Assembly (NCBI GenBank): GCA_016710275.1 | Contig: JADJXS010000001.1 | Span: forward strand, 2,015,449 to 2,079,448 | DNA: 64,000 nucleotides | Direction of reading: 5' to 3' | Source: Phycisphaerales bacterium | Lineage (GTDB): Bacteria; Planctomycetota; Phycisphaerae; UBA1845; Fen-1342 | Made by a program: the position numbers and the translations under genes | Part shown: positions 8,360-19,000 of the stretch, piece by piece | Layout: each line of letters starts with the position of its first letter | Numbering within the stretch: the stretch's first letter is position 1 | Notes under the pieces: model-generated | Database searches by the model: none | Told to the model about the DNA's origin: nothing | The model's input: the letters and a program-made list of their open reading frames with translations, nothing else

Positions 8360-9074
8360 TCTGGAAGTGCCGCGCGATGAAGGACTTCACGAAGGCGGCG
8401 CTGGTCGAATCCACATGCCCGCCGCGATAGCCGTAGCGCTCATATTCGCGCCGCCAGGGGATGTTCACCAGTTGCGGGTGGCGCATCGCGAAGCCCACCG
8501 CTCCCGCGCCATGGTCCATCAGCACGCCGTCGATGGTGCCGAAAATCTTCATCGGCCCCGCCAGAATGGAGTCGTGCGGCGAGTAGTAGTTGTAGATTCG
8601 CCCCTTCACTCGCGAAATGGCCCGGGTGAGGTCGTAGCGGTGCCAGAGGCTGCTGCCCAGCAGCACCACGTTGTCCACGCGGTAGCCCGGGCGAAGCTCC
8701 TCCAGCGCCCAGACCGCGATTCCCGTTCCCGCCGAAAGCCCGACCAGGTTGACCGGCCGACCCGGGTAGGCATCGGCGTAGGACTCGATCTGCCGCGCCA
8801 ATCGCTTGCCGGCCAGCCGTGCATTGAAGCGCAACGTCTGGTCCAGAGCGGGGTTGAAGCCCAGGGTCCAGAAGATGGAGGACACGTCGCCCTTCCAGCC
8901 GGCGGATTCCAGGCCGGCCTTCACGCCGCGATCACCGCCGTCGAGGTTCCCGGCGCCGGGGCAATAGACGGTCAGGCCGTGCTCGGCGCGGTGGGTCAGC
9001 GCCGAAGCGCAACCGCCGCTCAGGCAGGCGGCCGCGATGCACAGGCTCAGCGTCAGCGTCGTGAACTTGCTCAT
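8286..9074 (-). CDS. Lipoprotein, alpha/beta-hydrolase-like
   Basis: ATG 9074 with AGGAG upstream. The signal/lipobox is MSKFTTLTLSLCIAAACLSGGC, and a nucleophile-elbow-like motif is GLSAGTG. The 3' end overlaps rsmA convergently by 74 bp, so the C-terminal tail may be shorter. Confidence 0.55.
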   Translation of the reverse strand: MSKFTTLTLSLCIAAACLSGGCASALTHRAEHGLTVYCPGAGNLDGGDRGVKAGLESAGWKGDVSSIFWTLGFNPALDQTLRFNARLAGKRLARQIESYADAYPGRPVNLVGLSAGTGIAVWALEELRPGYRVDNVVLLGSSLWHRYDLTRAISRVKGRIYNYYSPHDSILAGPMKIFGTIDGVLMDHGAGAVGFAMRHPQLVNIPWRREYERYGYRGGHVDSTSAAFVKSFIARHFQITDDTLDKAPATARGSTPPAAPSY

Positions 9075-9315
9075 GTTTCCCGGCTCCTGTCTCCCAGACG
9101 GATGCAGACACGCCGCAGTGGTTACAGGTGAGTGTCGGAGCGCCGCCGATTCGTTGCACGAATTTCGGGCGATGCGTCTGAAAATGTGGGCGACGACTCC
9201 CCCGGCCGATTCACGCGCTCCCCCCTTTCGGCAGCGCGCGAACCCCCCGATGCGGCCCGCCCGACGCCGCGATGTCGCGAGCGCTGCGGGCGGATTCCCC
9301 CAATGCAGGTCGATG

Positions 9316-9720
9316 CTACTCGCGCGGCTCAGCCGCGTTTGCACGGAATCCCGGGATCCGCACGTTTTCTGCGGGCTTGTCCACCGGGTGTACCGCGAAG
9401 ACTTCGACGCGCGCCACGTCTTCGAACGGGACGACGATCACATACGCGCCGACCTGGTAATTCTCATCCACCGGCAGACACTCGAACGCCAGCGCGCTGC
9501 TGGTGCCGATGTCGGCCATTTCCTTCATTTCGTAGGTCAGCCCGTCCTTCATGTACAGGATGACGCGCGTCTCCAGCTCGTCGTGGTAACGCTGATATTC
9601 TTTGGCCTGCTTGCCGTTGGCGGCCGGATCCACCGGGAACTTCTTCCGCGCGCAGCGGCGCTTGGCCTCGTCGATCTGCATTCGCAGGCCCGCACCGTGG
9701 AACCAATCGTAGTTGAACAT
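9316..9720 (-). CDS. Hypothetical protein
   Basis: ATG 9720 (MFNYDWFHGAGL...), 134 aa, high third-position GC, divergent from queG. No recognisable domain. Confidence 0.45.
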   Translation of the reverse strand: MFNYDWFHGAGLRMQIDEAKRRCARKKFPVDPAANGKQAKEYQRYHDELETRVILYMKDGLTYEMKEMADIGTSSALAFECLPVDENYQVGAYVIVVPFEDVARVEVFAVHPVDKPAENVRIPGFRANAAEPRE

Positions 9721-9802
9721 GTATCCCGCTCCGCCCCGGGCCGGCCGCGCCGCACCGCGCGCCGCTTGGCCCGTCGCATCCGGCCCTGATACCATCGACC
9801 GC

Positions 9803-10921
9803 ATGACGCCGGCCATGCACTCGCAAATCGTGAAACGCCTGGCGCGCTCGATCGGCTTCGACCGCGTCGGCATCACGCATGCCGATCCGGTCGGGCGCGC
9901 CGCGTATTATAGGGACTGGCTCGCGGCAGGGCGGCATGGCTCGATGGGCTATCTCGCCCGCAATCCCGAACAGCGTCTCGACCCCGCGCAGCTTCTGCCG
10001 GGCGCTCGGTCGGTCATCTGCGTGGCGCTCAACTACCTGGCTTCGGCGAATTCCGCTGCGGCGACTGCGGCGGATGTGTCTGGCGGGGGCGCTGCGGCCG
10101 CGGCTCAACCGAACGACGGGGAAGCCGCCGTCCAGAGGGCGGCGGCGTTCGGGCGCGTCGCCCGCTACGCGCGTGCGGACGATTATCACGAAGTGCTGCA
10201 CGAGATGCTGGCGGCGCTGATCGATGCGATGCGCGGCGAGATCGGCGTTCCTTTTGATGCCCGGCCCTGCGTGGACACCGCGCCGATCGTCGAACGCGAG
10301 CTGGCCGCGCGCGCCGGGATCGGCTGGATCGGCAAAAACACGCTGGTGCTGATTCCGCGGCTTGGGTCATACGTGTTTCTCGGCGAGCTGGTCACGACGC
10401 TGGCGCTGGAGCCGGATGCGCCGCTGCCGGACCATTGCGGCAGTTGCACGCGCTGCCTGGACGCCTGCCCCACGAATGCGTTTCCAGGGCCGTATCGCAT
10501 GGATGCGACCCGTTGCATCTCCTACCTGACGATCGAGCATCGCGGAGAGATCGCGCCGCAGATGGAGCCGGGGATCGGTGATTGGGTCTATGGCTGCGAC
10601 GTGTGTCAGGAGGTCTGCCCGCATAACACCCGCGCGCCTGCGACCGTGCATCCGCGATTGCTGACGCAGCGCCTGCCGGAGCGCGTCCCGTTGGAAGAGC
10701 TTGAAAGCCTGGGCAGCGCGGCATACCGGAGGTTGACGGCGGGCACCGCGGCCCGCCGGGCCGGTCGACGGATGTGGCAGCGAAACGCGCGGATCGTTCG
10801 GCGGAATCTCGCGGCGGCTGACGGCGGCGGGTTCCTGTCGGGAAATGCGGGTGCTAGCGGGCCGCGTGATTCGTTGCACAGGCAGGCGGGCGCGCCGCCG
10901 CAAACGCCGCCGCCACGCTGA
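9803..10921 (+). CDS. queG: Epoxyqueuosine reductase
   Basis: Contains FDRVGITHADP ... YRDWLAAGRHGSMGYLARN and two 4Fe-4S motifs, CGSCTRCLDACPTNAF and CDVCQEVCPHN. Confidence 0.85.
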   Translation: MTPAMHSQIVKRLARSIGFDRVGITHADPVGRAAYYRDWLAAGRHGSMGYLARNPEQRLDPAQLLPGARSVICVALNYLASANSAAATAADVSGGGAAAAAQPNDGEAAVQRAAAFGRVARYARADDYHEVLHEMLAALIDAMRGEIGVPFDARPCVDTAPIVERELAARAGIGWIGKNTLVLIPRLGSYVFLGELVTTLALEPDAPLPDHCGSCTRCLDACPTNAFPGPYRMDATRCISYLTIEHRGEIAPQMEPGIGDWVYGCDVCQEVCPHNTRAPATVHPRLLTQRLPERVPLEELESLGSAAYRRLTAGTAARRAGRRMWQRNARIVRRNLAAADGGGFLSGNAGASGPRDSLHRQAGAPPQTPPPR

Positions 10922-11672
10922 TCGCCGCGGTCTCCACGCGGAGCAATTCGGGCGCCAGCCGCACGCCCAGCGCCCCGGCCGCCAGGCACTCGCGGACCTC
11001 GTCCGGGGTCAATCCGCCCTCCGGCCCGATCACGGCGGCGACTCGCGGCGCCCGGCTTGCCGCAGCCGCTTCGGTCAGCCACATCTCCGCGTCCGGGTCG
11101 CAGACGATCAGCGCGGGGTTGTCGTCCGGGTTCGTCCGTGATTCTCCGTGCTGCGGGGCTTGCCGGGAGGGCAGCGGCTGATGAAGCCGGGCCAGCTCCT
11201 GCGTGAGTGTTCCGCCGATTGCGATTTCCGGCAGGAATTTCCCGCCGCACTGCTTACACGCTTCGACGGCGGTGCGGCGGAGCTTGTCCAGGTGCGTCTC
11301 GCGCGGCTCGACGACGGTGTGCGTCGTGCGGATGATCCGCAGCGCCGCGACGCCCAGCTCGGCGCACTTTTCGGCCAGCCAGTCCAGCCGTGGCGCTTTG
11401 CATCCGCCGACCAGCAGCGTTAGCGCTCGCTCCGGCTGCGGCGCCGTCTGCACGCTGGTGACGCGCGCGATGACATCGCGGGATCGCTTCGAACCGCCGC
11501 GGGCCGGCACGCACAGTTCGCCGTCGGCGAAATTCCCTCTGCCGTCGAAGAGTCGTACCGCTGCGCCGGATTCAAGGCGCAGGACGCTCAGCGCGTGGTG
11601 TGCCTCGGCCGCGGGCAGCGCAGTATCGCCAACGGTCAGGGATTCGATGTGGAATCGCGGCGGCTGGCGCAT
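10854..11672 (-). CDS. rsmE: 16S rRNA (uracil1498-N3)-methyltransferase
   Basis: MRQPPRFHIESL..., AHHALSVLRLESGAAVRLFDGRG, C-terminal VIGPEGGLTPDEV and LGVRLAPELLRVETAA are RsmE hallmarks. ATG is at 11672. Confidence 0.8.
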   Translation of the reverse strand: MRQPPRFHIESLTVGDTALPAAEAHHALSVLRLESGAAVRLFDGRGNFADGELCVPARGGSKRSRDVIARVTSVQTAPQPERALTLLVGGCKAPRLDWLAEKCAELGVAALRIIRTTHTVVEPRETHLDKLRRTAVEACKQCGGKFLPEIAIGGTLTQELARLHQPLPSRQAPQHGESRTNPDDNPALIVCDPDAEMWLTEAAAASRAPRVAAVIGPEGGLTPDEVRECLAAGALGVRLAPELLRVETAAISVAAAFAAARPPACATNHAAR

Positions 11673-11786
11673 ATCGGCGCATTTCAACGCTGAGTGCGGA
11701 CAATCGCCAGTGGCAGGGGGAGTGCGACTCCGCAGCGAGTCCATCCGGCAACGGCGTGACGGGTTCGGCCGGCGCGGCGGCGGGAA

Positions 11787-13787
11787 TCAGGCCGGCGCGG
11801 CAGTCGCGGCGGCGGTTTTCTCGGAGACGGTTTGGACTTTCGGCACGCCGGCGCCGGCGGAGGAAGCCTCGACGTGGAACTCCGGCACGATTTCCTTGAG
11901 GCGCTTTCGCAACTCTTCACGCGAGAGGGCGTCAGAATCGGACAGCGTGCGATCCACCCACGTCAGCAGGGCGTCCCAGTCGGGCGGCCGATTCCGCCAG
12001 ATGCCGACCTTCGGGTGCGGGGTGCGGGCCACGTCCTCCCCCTCGATGGAAAGCTCTTCGTAGAGTTTTTCGCCGGGGCGGACGCCGGAGAATACGATCT
12101 CGATGTCTTCGCCGGGTCGCAGTCCCGACAGCGTGATGAGGTCGCGCGCGAGGTCGAGGATCTTCACCGGTTCGCCCATGTCGAGGACGAAAATCTCGCC
12201 GCCGTGGCCCATCGACGCGGATTGGAGGACAAGCTGCGCCGCTTCGGGGATGGTCATGAAGAACCGCACCATGTCGGGGTGCGTGACGGTGACCGGCCCG
12301 CCGCGGCGGATCTGCTCCTTGAAGATCGGTACGACGGAGCCGGAGGAGCCGAGCACGTTGCCGAAGCGCACCGTGACGAACTGCGTGCTGCCGCGGGCGT
12401 TGAGTCCCTGGATGTACATTTCGGCGACGCGCTTGGACGCGCCCATGATGCTGGTGGGGTTGACGGCCTTGTCCGTGGAGATCATCACGAACTTCTCGCA
12501 GCCGTGGCGGACGGCGGCGTCGGCGATGATTCGCGTTCCCGCAACGTTGTTCTTGATCGCCTCGCCGGGGTTGTGCTCCATCATGGGCACGTGCTTGTGC
12601 GCGGCGGCGTGGAAGACGGCGCTGGGCTTCTCGCGGGAGAAGATGAACTCCATTCGGCCGCGATCGGCGATGTCGCCGATGTAGGGCGTGATGCTGATTT
12701 CGGGGTTCGCGGCGCGCAGCTCGTTGTCGATTTCGAAGAGGTGCTGCTCCGCCTGTTCGACGAGGACGAGCCTTTGCGGGCCGAATCGCACGATCTGGCG
12801 GCACATTTCGGAACCGATCGAGCCGCCCGCGCCGGTCACCATGATGGCGCGATCGCGGATGAACTCGCGGATGCGGTCGTCGTCGAGCCGGACGGGGGCG
12901 CGGCCGAGCAGGTCGTTGATGTCCACGTCGCGAATCTGGGAGACGCTGGCGCGACCGGCGATCAGGTCGGTCATTGCGGGCAGCGTCTTGAAGCGGACGT
13001 TGGCCTCCTTGCAGAGGTCGATGACGCGGCGGATCTGCTTGGCCGTCGCCGAGGGCATGGCGATCAGCACCTCGTTGACGTCCTCCTCCTCGCAGACCTC
13101 CTTCACCATGGCGATCGGGCCGAGCACCTCGACGCCGTGGATGCGGGCCTTGTGCTTGGCGGGGTCGTCGTCGAGGAAGCCCACCAGGCGGTACTGCTCG
13201 ACGGGCATGCGCAGGATTTCGCGGACGGCGTTTTCAGCGGCGTTTCCGGCGCCCAGGATCAGCAGCCGCGGTGCAGCGCCGTCGGCGCTGGGGCGGATTT
13301 CCTCGTGGTAGAGGCGGACCGCGATGCGCGTGCCGCAGACCAGGGCGATGGTGCCGGCGAAATCCAGCACGAAGACGGAATCGGGGAAGTCATCCTGCGT
13401 GAACAGGTCGATATCCAGCCCGACGGTGCGCGCGTTGGCCAGCCCGAAATAGACGACGAAGATTCCCGCAAAGCTCAGCCAGGCCGCTTTCGAGACGTTG
13501 AAGACATCGCGCAAGCCGACGTAGCGCCACCAGCCGCGATGGGCGCCGAGCAGCACGAAAAACGTGAGCTTGATGACCACGGCCGGCCCGAGCAGCGGCA
13601 GAAAGAAGGGCTCGAACCAGCGGTTGAACTGCTGAAAGTTGTAGGCCAGTCCGAAGGCCAGAAACCACGAGGCGGCGAAGAGGAACACGTGCAGCGCAAC
13701 ATTGACCGCCAGACGGTGCGTGCGCGTCCAGAACGCCCAGTCGCCCGGCGTGCGCCGATTTTCAGTATCCGTGCCCGGCGTCGTCAC
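11787..13787 (-). CDS. Polysaccharide biosynthesis protein, CapD/WbpM/PglF-type membrane-anchored NDP-sugar 4,6-dehydratase
   Basis: N-terminal transmembrane helices are followed by two Rossmann regions (LLILGAGNAAENAV; IMVTGAGGSIGSEMCRQI), then a SYK-type SDR core (STDKAV ... MGASKRVAE). Confidence 0.85.
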   Translation of the reverse strand: MTTPGTDTENRRTPGDWAFWTRTHRLAVNVALHVFLFAASWFLAFGLAYNFQQFNRWFEPFFLPLLGPAVVIKLTFFVLLGAHRGWWRYVGLRDVFNVSKAAWLSFAGIFVVYFGLANARTVGLDIDLFTQDDFPDSVFVLDFAGTIALVCGTRIAVRLYHEEIRPSADGAAPRLLILGAGNAAENAVREILRMPVEQYRLVGFLDDDPAKHKARIHGVEVLGPIAMVKEVCEEEDVNEVLIAMPSATAKQIRRVIDLCKEANVRFKTLPAMTDLIAGRASVSQIRDVDINDLLGRAPVRLDDDRIREFIRDRAIMVTGAGGSIGSEMCRQIVRFGPQRLVLVEQAEQHLFEIDNELRAANPEISITPYIGDIADRGRMEFIFSREKPSAVFHAAAHKHVPMMEHNPGEAIKNNVAGTRIIADAAVRHGCEKFVMISTDKAVNPTSIMGASKRVAEMYIQGLNARGSTQFVTVRFGNVLGSSGSVVPIFKEQIRRGGPVTVTHPDMVRFFMTIPEAAQLVLQSASMGHGGEIFVLDMGEPVKILDLARDLITLSGLRPGEDIEIVFSGVRPGEKLYEELSIEGEDVARTPHPKVGIWRNRPPDWDALLTWVDRTLSDSDALSREELRKRLKEIVPEFHVEASSAGAGVPKVQTVSEKTAAATAAPA

Positions 13788-13856
13788 CCGTCTCCACCTG
13801 AACCATCCGCCCCGTTTCGCCCATCGCGGCCGCTGGTGCGTCCGCTGTTCAACACA

Positions 13857-15044
13857 TCATCGTCCGCCCCCGCCTGCCGTCGGCGCAACCGTCCCGGGTG
13901 CGGCAGTGTTCGGGCGTGCGGCCGCCTCCTCCCGCCGCATGGCCTCGAGCAGGCCGGCTGCCAGTGCCGCTCGGAATTCCTTCAGTGACTCGGCGGGCGT
14001 GCGCTCCATGAGAGTGGACATGCGCTCCAGCGCCGCACCGGCCCGGCGATCATCGTTCAGCAGGAAGGAGCAGTAGGCTTCCAGCGCCGCGGCGGGCACC
14101 GACTCTGTGGCCAACTGTCCGGCCTGCTGCAGCTCTCGCAACTGCCGTCGCAGGAACTCCGGCGAACCGAAGTAGGGAGTGATATCGATCCGGTCAATGA
14201 AGAACTCGGGGTTCCGCTTCAGCGCGTCGCGCAGGCTGTTGAGGGCCAGCCAGTACTGACCCCGGTGCATGGCGCCGTGTGCGATCAGGATGCTGGGGAT
14301 CACCGCGTCCGACTTGAGATTCCGCACGGAGGCCAGCACGTCCATCGCGCGCGGCAGCAGCGTGGCGTCATCGTCGGTAAAGTCCGTGGCGCGCCGGAAC
14401 ATGTCCAGCCCGCGCCAGGCCATGTCGCGCACCCGCCCCGTGTTGGATTGGGAGACCGCATCGAACACGCGGTAGTTGTCGGCCATCGCGGGTGGTGCAC
14501 TGTCCGGTGCGCTGGTTTCGGCCGGTTGAAGGCCGAAGAATCGATTGAACTCGCTGCCGCGACTCTCGGCGTAGGGGAACTGCGTGATGCGCGGGCCGCT
14601 GCCGAAGTCCCAACCGCCCTCAGGCGTGTCCATGCTGGTCGCGAGATCAAAACCGGAAAGCTGCGCGATGGTCCGCGAGTCCGGCGGTCGCCAGGCGACG
14701 ATCGCGCCGGATGAGAGCCGCGACGCGCCGCTGGTCGAGATGCGGGAGTATCCGCTGGGTCCGGGTCGAAACGCCGCGGGCAGGATGGTGCCCCCGCCGA
14801 CACCGCGAAACCCGCCGGCCGGGGCGAGGTTGACGCCGAAATTCAGATCGCCGCCACCGCCGCCGCGGCGCCGGCCGCCGGTCTCCTGAAAGCGCGTGTT
14901 GTAGCCGCCGATTCGGCCGACTTCCTGCGAGGGGCTGCGTGAGCCGAAGGCCTGTGCGCCCACGGAGATGCCGCCCTGTTGGGCCTGGGCACCTGCCGCG
15001 GCGAGCAGCGATAATGCGGCCAATGCCGCGATTCTCAACGTCAT
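13857..15044 (-). CDS. Hypothetical secreted protein
   Basis: ATG 15044 gives the signal peptide MTLRIAALAALSLLAAAGAQAQ. A Gly/Arg-rich low-complexity N-terminal part is followed by a helical C-terminal part. Confidence 0.5.
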   Translation of the reverse strand: MTLRIAALAALSLLAAAGAQAQQGGISVGAQAFGSRSPSQEVGRIGGYNTRFQETGGRRRGGGGGDLNFGVNLAPAGGFRGVGGGTILPAAFRPGPSGYSRISTSGASRLSSGAIVAWRPPDSRTIAQLSGFDLATSMDTPEGGWDFGSGPRITQFPYAESRGSEFNRFFGLQPAETSAPDSAPPAMADNYRVFDAVSQSNTGRVRDMAWRGLDMFRRATDFTDDDATLLPRAMDVLASVRNLKSDAVIPSILIAHGAMHRGQYWLALNSLRDALKRNPEFFIDRIDITPYFGSPEFLRRQLRELQQAGQLATESVPAAALEAYCSFLLNDDRRAGAALERMSTLMERTPAESLKEFRAALAAGLLEAMRREEAAARPNTAAPGTVAPTAGGGGR

Positions 15045-15277
15045 GGTATGGCTCCGCTGCGCAGCGCGGGGAATGAGTACGCCTTGACCCATGATACCCG
15101 AACCTATCGTCCGTTCGCGACCGCGATCGGACCGCTCCCGACAAATGAAGCGTCGTGAAATCCCGCTGTCGCGATGATCGTGGATTGACCCGTCATTCGG
15201 CGGTCGCTACCGTTGTTCGGGGCGCGAGTTGCGCGCCTCGCCTTTGCCGTTGGCTCAGCGTACGAGAGCGGTTCCAA

Positions 15278-15922
15278 ATGAAACTGCGGGCATCCCTCTT
15301 TCTGCTTACGACGGCGACGGCCCTGGGGATCGGGGGTTGCCCGATTCCGGGTTCTGGAAATGACAATTTGAACGGCGGCGGACCGGGTGGGTCCGGTAAT
15401 TCGGCGGGTTCGGGCAACAACGCCGGATCGGGGCAGACATCCCGCGGGGTGGCGGATGTGCTGGTGACGGTTTCTCAGCCGGACTTGCGAAACCAGCTCG
15501 TCAGTGTGCAGGTCATTAATCTGTCAGAATTTACGTTTGAACTCGCGATTGTCATGACGGCCGCGGACGTTCCTGTTCGTGCGATTCGTCAGGCACTCGC
15601 GGCCGGTAACACGACCAGCATTCTTGGCCCTGATGTTGTGGACGTTGTGCAACTAACTGGGGTCGCCAAGGCGGCTTCCGGACCGGATTCGAAACTCGAT
15701 CTGCTTTTTGTCCGGGGGGAGCACTTCGCACCCGGGGCACTGATTCAGGTCACGATCCCGGCCGATTTCGGTCGCGCGCAGCCGCCGGCTGATAAACCGC
15801 CCTCACCCGACCTGGTCGAGCCTGATGGCGTGGATGTTCTTCCGGTTGACGGGGCTGACATTCTGCCTGATGGGAATGGGCGCGGCGGGGGTGGAGCGAA
15901 CAACCCCGACGGCGGAAACTGA
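15278..15922 (+). CDS. Hypothetical lipoprotein
   Basis: ATG 15278 gives MKLRASLFLLTTATALGIGGC (lipobox), followed by a Gly/Ser/Asn-rich linker. Confidence 0.5.
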   Translation: MKLRASLFLLTTATALGIGGCPIPGSGNDNLNGGGPGGSGNSAGSGNNAGSGQTSRGVADVLVTVSQPDLRNQLVSVQVINLSEFTFELAIVMTAADVPVRAIRQALAAGNTTSILGPDVVDVVQLTGVAKAASGPDSKLDLLFVRGEHFAPGALIQVTIPADFGRAQPPADKPPSPDLVEPDGVDVLPVDGADILPDGNGRGGGGANNPDGGN

Positions 15923-15945
15923 GGCGCCGTCCGACACTCCGGCAC

Positions 15946-15985
15946 AAAAAAGAGACGTGGCCGACGGGAAATCCCGCCGGCCACG
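15946..15985 (-). terminator. Rho-independent terminator downstream of the giant RTX-like gene
   Basis: The minus strand reads CGTGGCCG-GCGGGATTTCCCGT-CGGCCACG-TCTC-TTTTTT. This is an 8-bp GC stem followed by a T-run, about 90 nt after the stop at 16079. Confidence 0.5.
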
Positions 15986-16078
15986 CTGCTTTGGGGCTCA
16001 GGTTTCACAGCCCGTTGATCGAACCTGATCGCCGCTACGGCGGACAAGTCCACCGTGCTGCACGCGCTTGGGCCTGGG

Positions 16079-19000
16079 TTACGGCTTACGCAGCGAGTCG
16101 AACAACGGCTGCTCCTCCATCCGGGGGTCCAGCCGCTTCTTCACGGGTTCCTCTGACGGGACCAGCGCCGGGATCGGGTTGACGCGGCGCGTCGGCGGCT
16201 GCTCGACTGGGAATGGTCCCGCGCAGGGCAGGCACTCAACGTTCAGCACGTTGCCGTTGATGAACCAGAACATGCCGGGCATCGAGGCGCCGAGGGAGAA
16301 GATGCGCGCGTTGAAGCGGTCGAGCACGATGTCGCCGCAGCGCGGCAGGGCGTCGCGCGGGTTGAGGTTGGCGAGTGTCCAGGCCGTGCCGGTCGGATCC
16401 TCGAGCAACAGGCGCACGCTGGGCGGCGGCGGACCGCCGTGGAAGACGGGCGACTGAACTTCGTAGAGATCGACCGAGCCGGGGATGCCGAAGTTGGTGA
16501 CGAGCGACTGGCCCGGGAAGAGCGAACCGCCCGAACTCGCCGGCCCCACGTTCAACTGATAGAAGACCAGCGTGTAGTACTCGCCGGTCTGCGGATCGCC
16601 GTTGTTGTCGGGCGCTGCGGTGTCGAACCAGTAGGTGATCGACCACGGGTGGCCCACCTGCACGGTATTCCACGGGGCAGGCACGGGCGAATCCGCGTTG
16701 ATGGAGGTCACGATGCCGCTGAAGGTGATCTGCGAGATCGTGTTCGGGCAGGGAGACGGCGGGCAGGCGCAATAGCACAGGTCGCCGTCGACCACCAACT
16801 CGCACGGCCGCGCCTGGCCGCCTTCGATGCACTGGCTGGCGCAGAATGGGCCTGCTGAGTTGAACGATACGTAGCACTCCGTGAACGGGTTCACGCAGTC
16901 GCACTCTTCGACCGCGAACGACGGCACGCAGTCGTTGCAGGGGCAATCCTCGGGCACGTTGCAGATGGCGCCGGTGTCCGGGCAGCGCATGACGCGGCGC
17001 ACGAGAACCGGGCGGCATTGCAGCTCGTTCGGCATGTCGCTGCACGTCGTGCCCAGGCAGCCCAGTCCCTGCGGCGCGACGAAGCAGCGCTCGCGATTGA
17101 CGAAGTTGCGGTTCAGATAGAGGTCGATGCCCTGCGGCCCGTTCACCGCGATCGGGTAAGACGCCGGGGCGGAAACCTGCGTGTATCCGCCGGGCACGCT
17201 CTGCGATCCGGTGTGGTTGCCGATCGGCAGGTTGGCGATGCGGTAGAAGCCGTCCGCATCCGTTACCGCGCTGCCGGGGCCGGCGTTGACCGTGACGCCC
17301 GCATGCGGGATGTCGCCGATCGTGTCGCCGTTGAGGTCAATCATCACCCTGCCGCGCACTTCGCCGCGCGAAGGAGAGGCGAGGGTCAGGCCGTTGCAGT
17401 CGTTGCGATCCTTGCTGTCGGTGCCGCGGCCGCCGAAGAGCTTGTCGGCGTTGCTGCAACCGAACAGGGCGTCGTTTCCGCGATTTCCGAAGAGGTAGTC
17501 CTTTGAGCTGCCGTCGTTTCCGCTGCGGACCGTATCGGTTCCGCGGTTTCCGAAGGCGAAGTCGCCGGCACCGTCGGTGACAAGCGAGTCGTCGCCGGCG
17601 TTGCCGAAGATGAAGTCCTTGGCGCCTTCGCCGGCGATGAAGTCGTTGGCGGCTCCGCCGAAGAGGAAGTCGGCGCTGCCGCCGCCGCGCATCGTGTCAC
17701 CGTCCTGGCCGCCGAAGATGAAGTTCACGCCGCCGCCGCCGAAGATGTTGTCGGAGCCGCGGTTGCCGAAGAGCAGGTTCAATCCGCCGCTGCCGATCAG
17801 CACGTCGTCGTGGTTGTTTCCGAAGAGCACGTTCAGCCCGGCGCCGCCGGCCTGCACGATGTCGTTGCTGCCGTTACCGAAGAGCACGCTCAGCCCGGCC
17901 CCGGCGCGAACGCGGTCCTCACCGCCGTTGCCGAACAGGACGTTCAATCCTGCGCCGGCGGTGACGATGTCGTGGCCGGCGTTGCCGAAGGCCACGCAAA
18001 GGCCGTGAGCGCCATTGACCTCATCCTCTCCGGCGTTTCCGAAGAGGACGGCCAGGCCGCTGCCGGCGGTGACGCGATCGTTGGCTTTTCCGCCGAAGGC
18101 GAGCGTCAGGCCGCCGCCGCCGGTGATATCGTCGCGGCCGCCGTTGCCGAAGAGCAGCGAGATGCCGATGCCGGCGGAGACGACGTCGTCTTCGCGGCCG
18201 CCGAAGACGAGGTTCAGTCCCAGCCCGGCGTTGACGTTGTCGTTGCCGCGATTGCCGAACAGGACGTTGATGCCGTCGCCGGCGTTGACGACGTCGTCGT
18301 CGCGGTTGCCGAAGCAGGCGTTGATGCCGGAACCGGCGGTGATGGTGTCGTCGCCGACGTTGCCAAAGAGCAGGTTGATCCCGTTTCCGGCGGTGATGGT
18401 GTCGTTGGCCTTTCCGCCGAAGACGAGGTTCAGACCGTCACCCGCGGAAATCACGTCGTCGCAGGGTCCGCCGAAGAGCAGGTCGATCTCGAAGGGCGGG
18501 ACGGTCGGCAACAGGATGCGGCCGAGACTGTTGATCTCGTCTTCGCCGTCAGCGCCGAACATGAGGTTGCCGAATGCGATCGGCGTCGGGATGCTGCTGA
18601 CGGGAACGACGAGGATTCCGCCGTTGTCGGCGTTCAGGTCGTCGTCACCATCGCCGCCGAAGACAAAGTCGATGCCGTCGTAGGCCTCGACAATGTCGTT
18701 TCCGTCGCCGCAGAAGATCAGGTCGGCAGCGCCGCCGAGGCCGAGCGCGCCGAGCGTTGCGAGTATGTCGTCCAGGTCATCGCTGACACCGGTGCAGGCG
18801 TAGGGGTCGTTGGCGCCCTTGATGTCGTCGTCGCCGGGGCCGCCGAAGAGGATGTTGCCGAAGCCGAGGATGACGGCCTGGCTGCTGGTGATGTCGCCGA
18901 TCACGATCAGCGAGCCGCCGCTGCCCTCGATGGTGTCGTCCCCGCCGGCGCCGAAGATCAGGTCGATTCCGGGCTGCGGGTCATCGGCCGGGGTGGAGAA

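Noticed and set aside
11832-13988. 718-aa plus-strand ORF
   Set aside because: It is antisense to the CapD/WbpM-type dehydratase gene, which has clear Rossmann and SDR motifs. The plus-strand product is low complexity.
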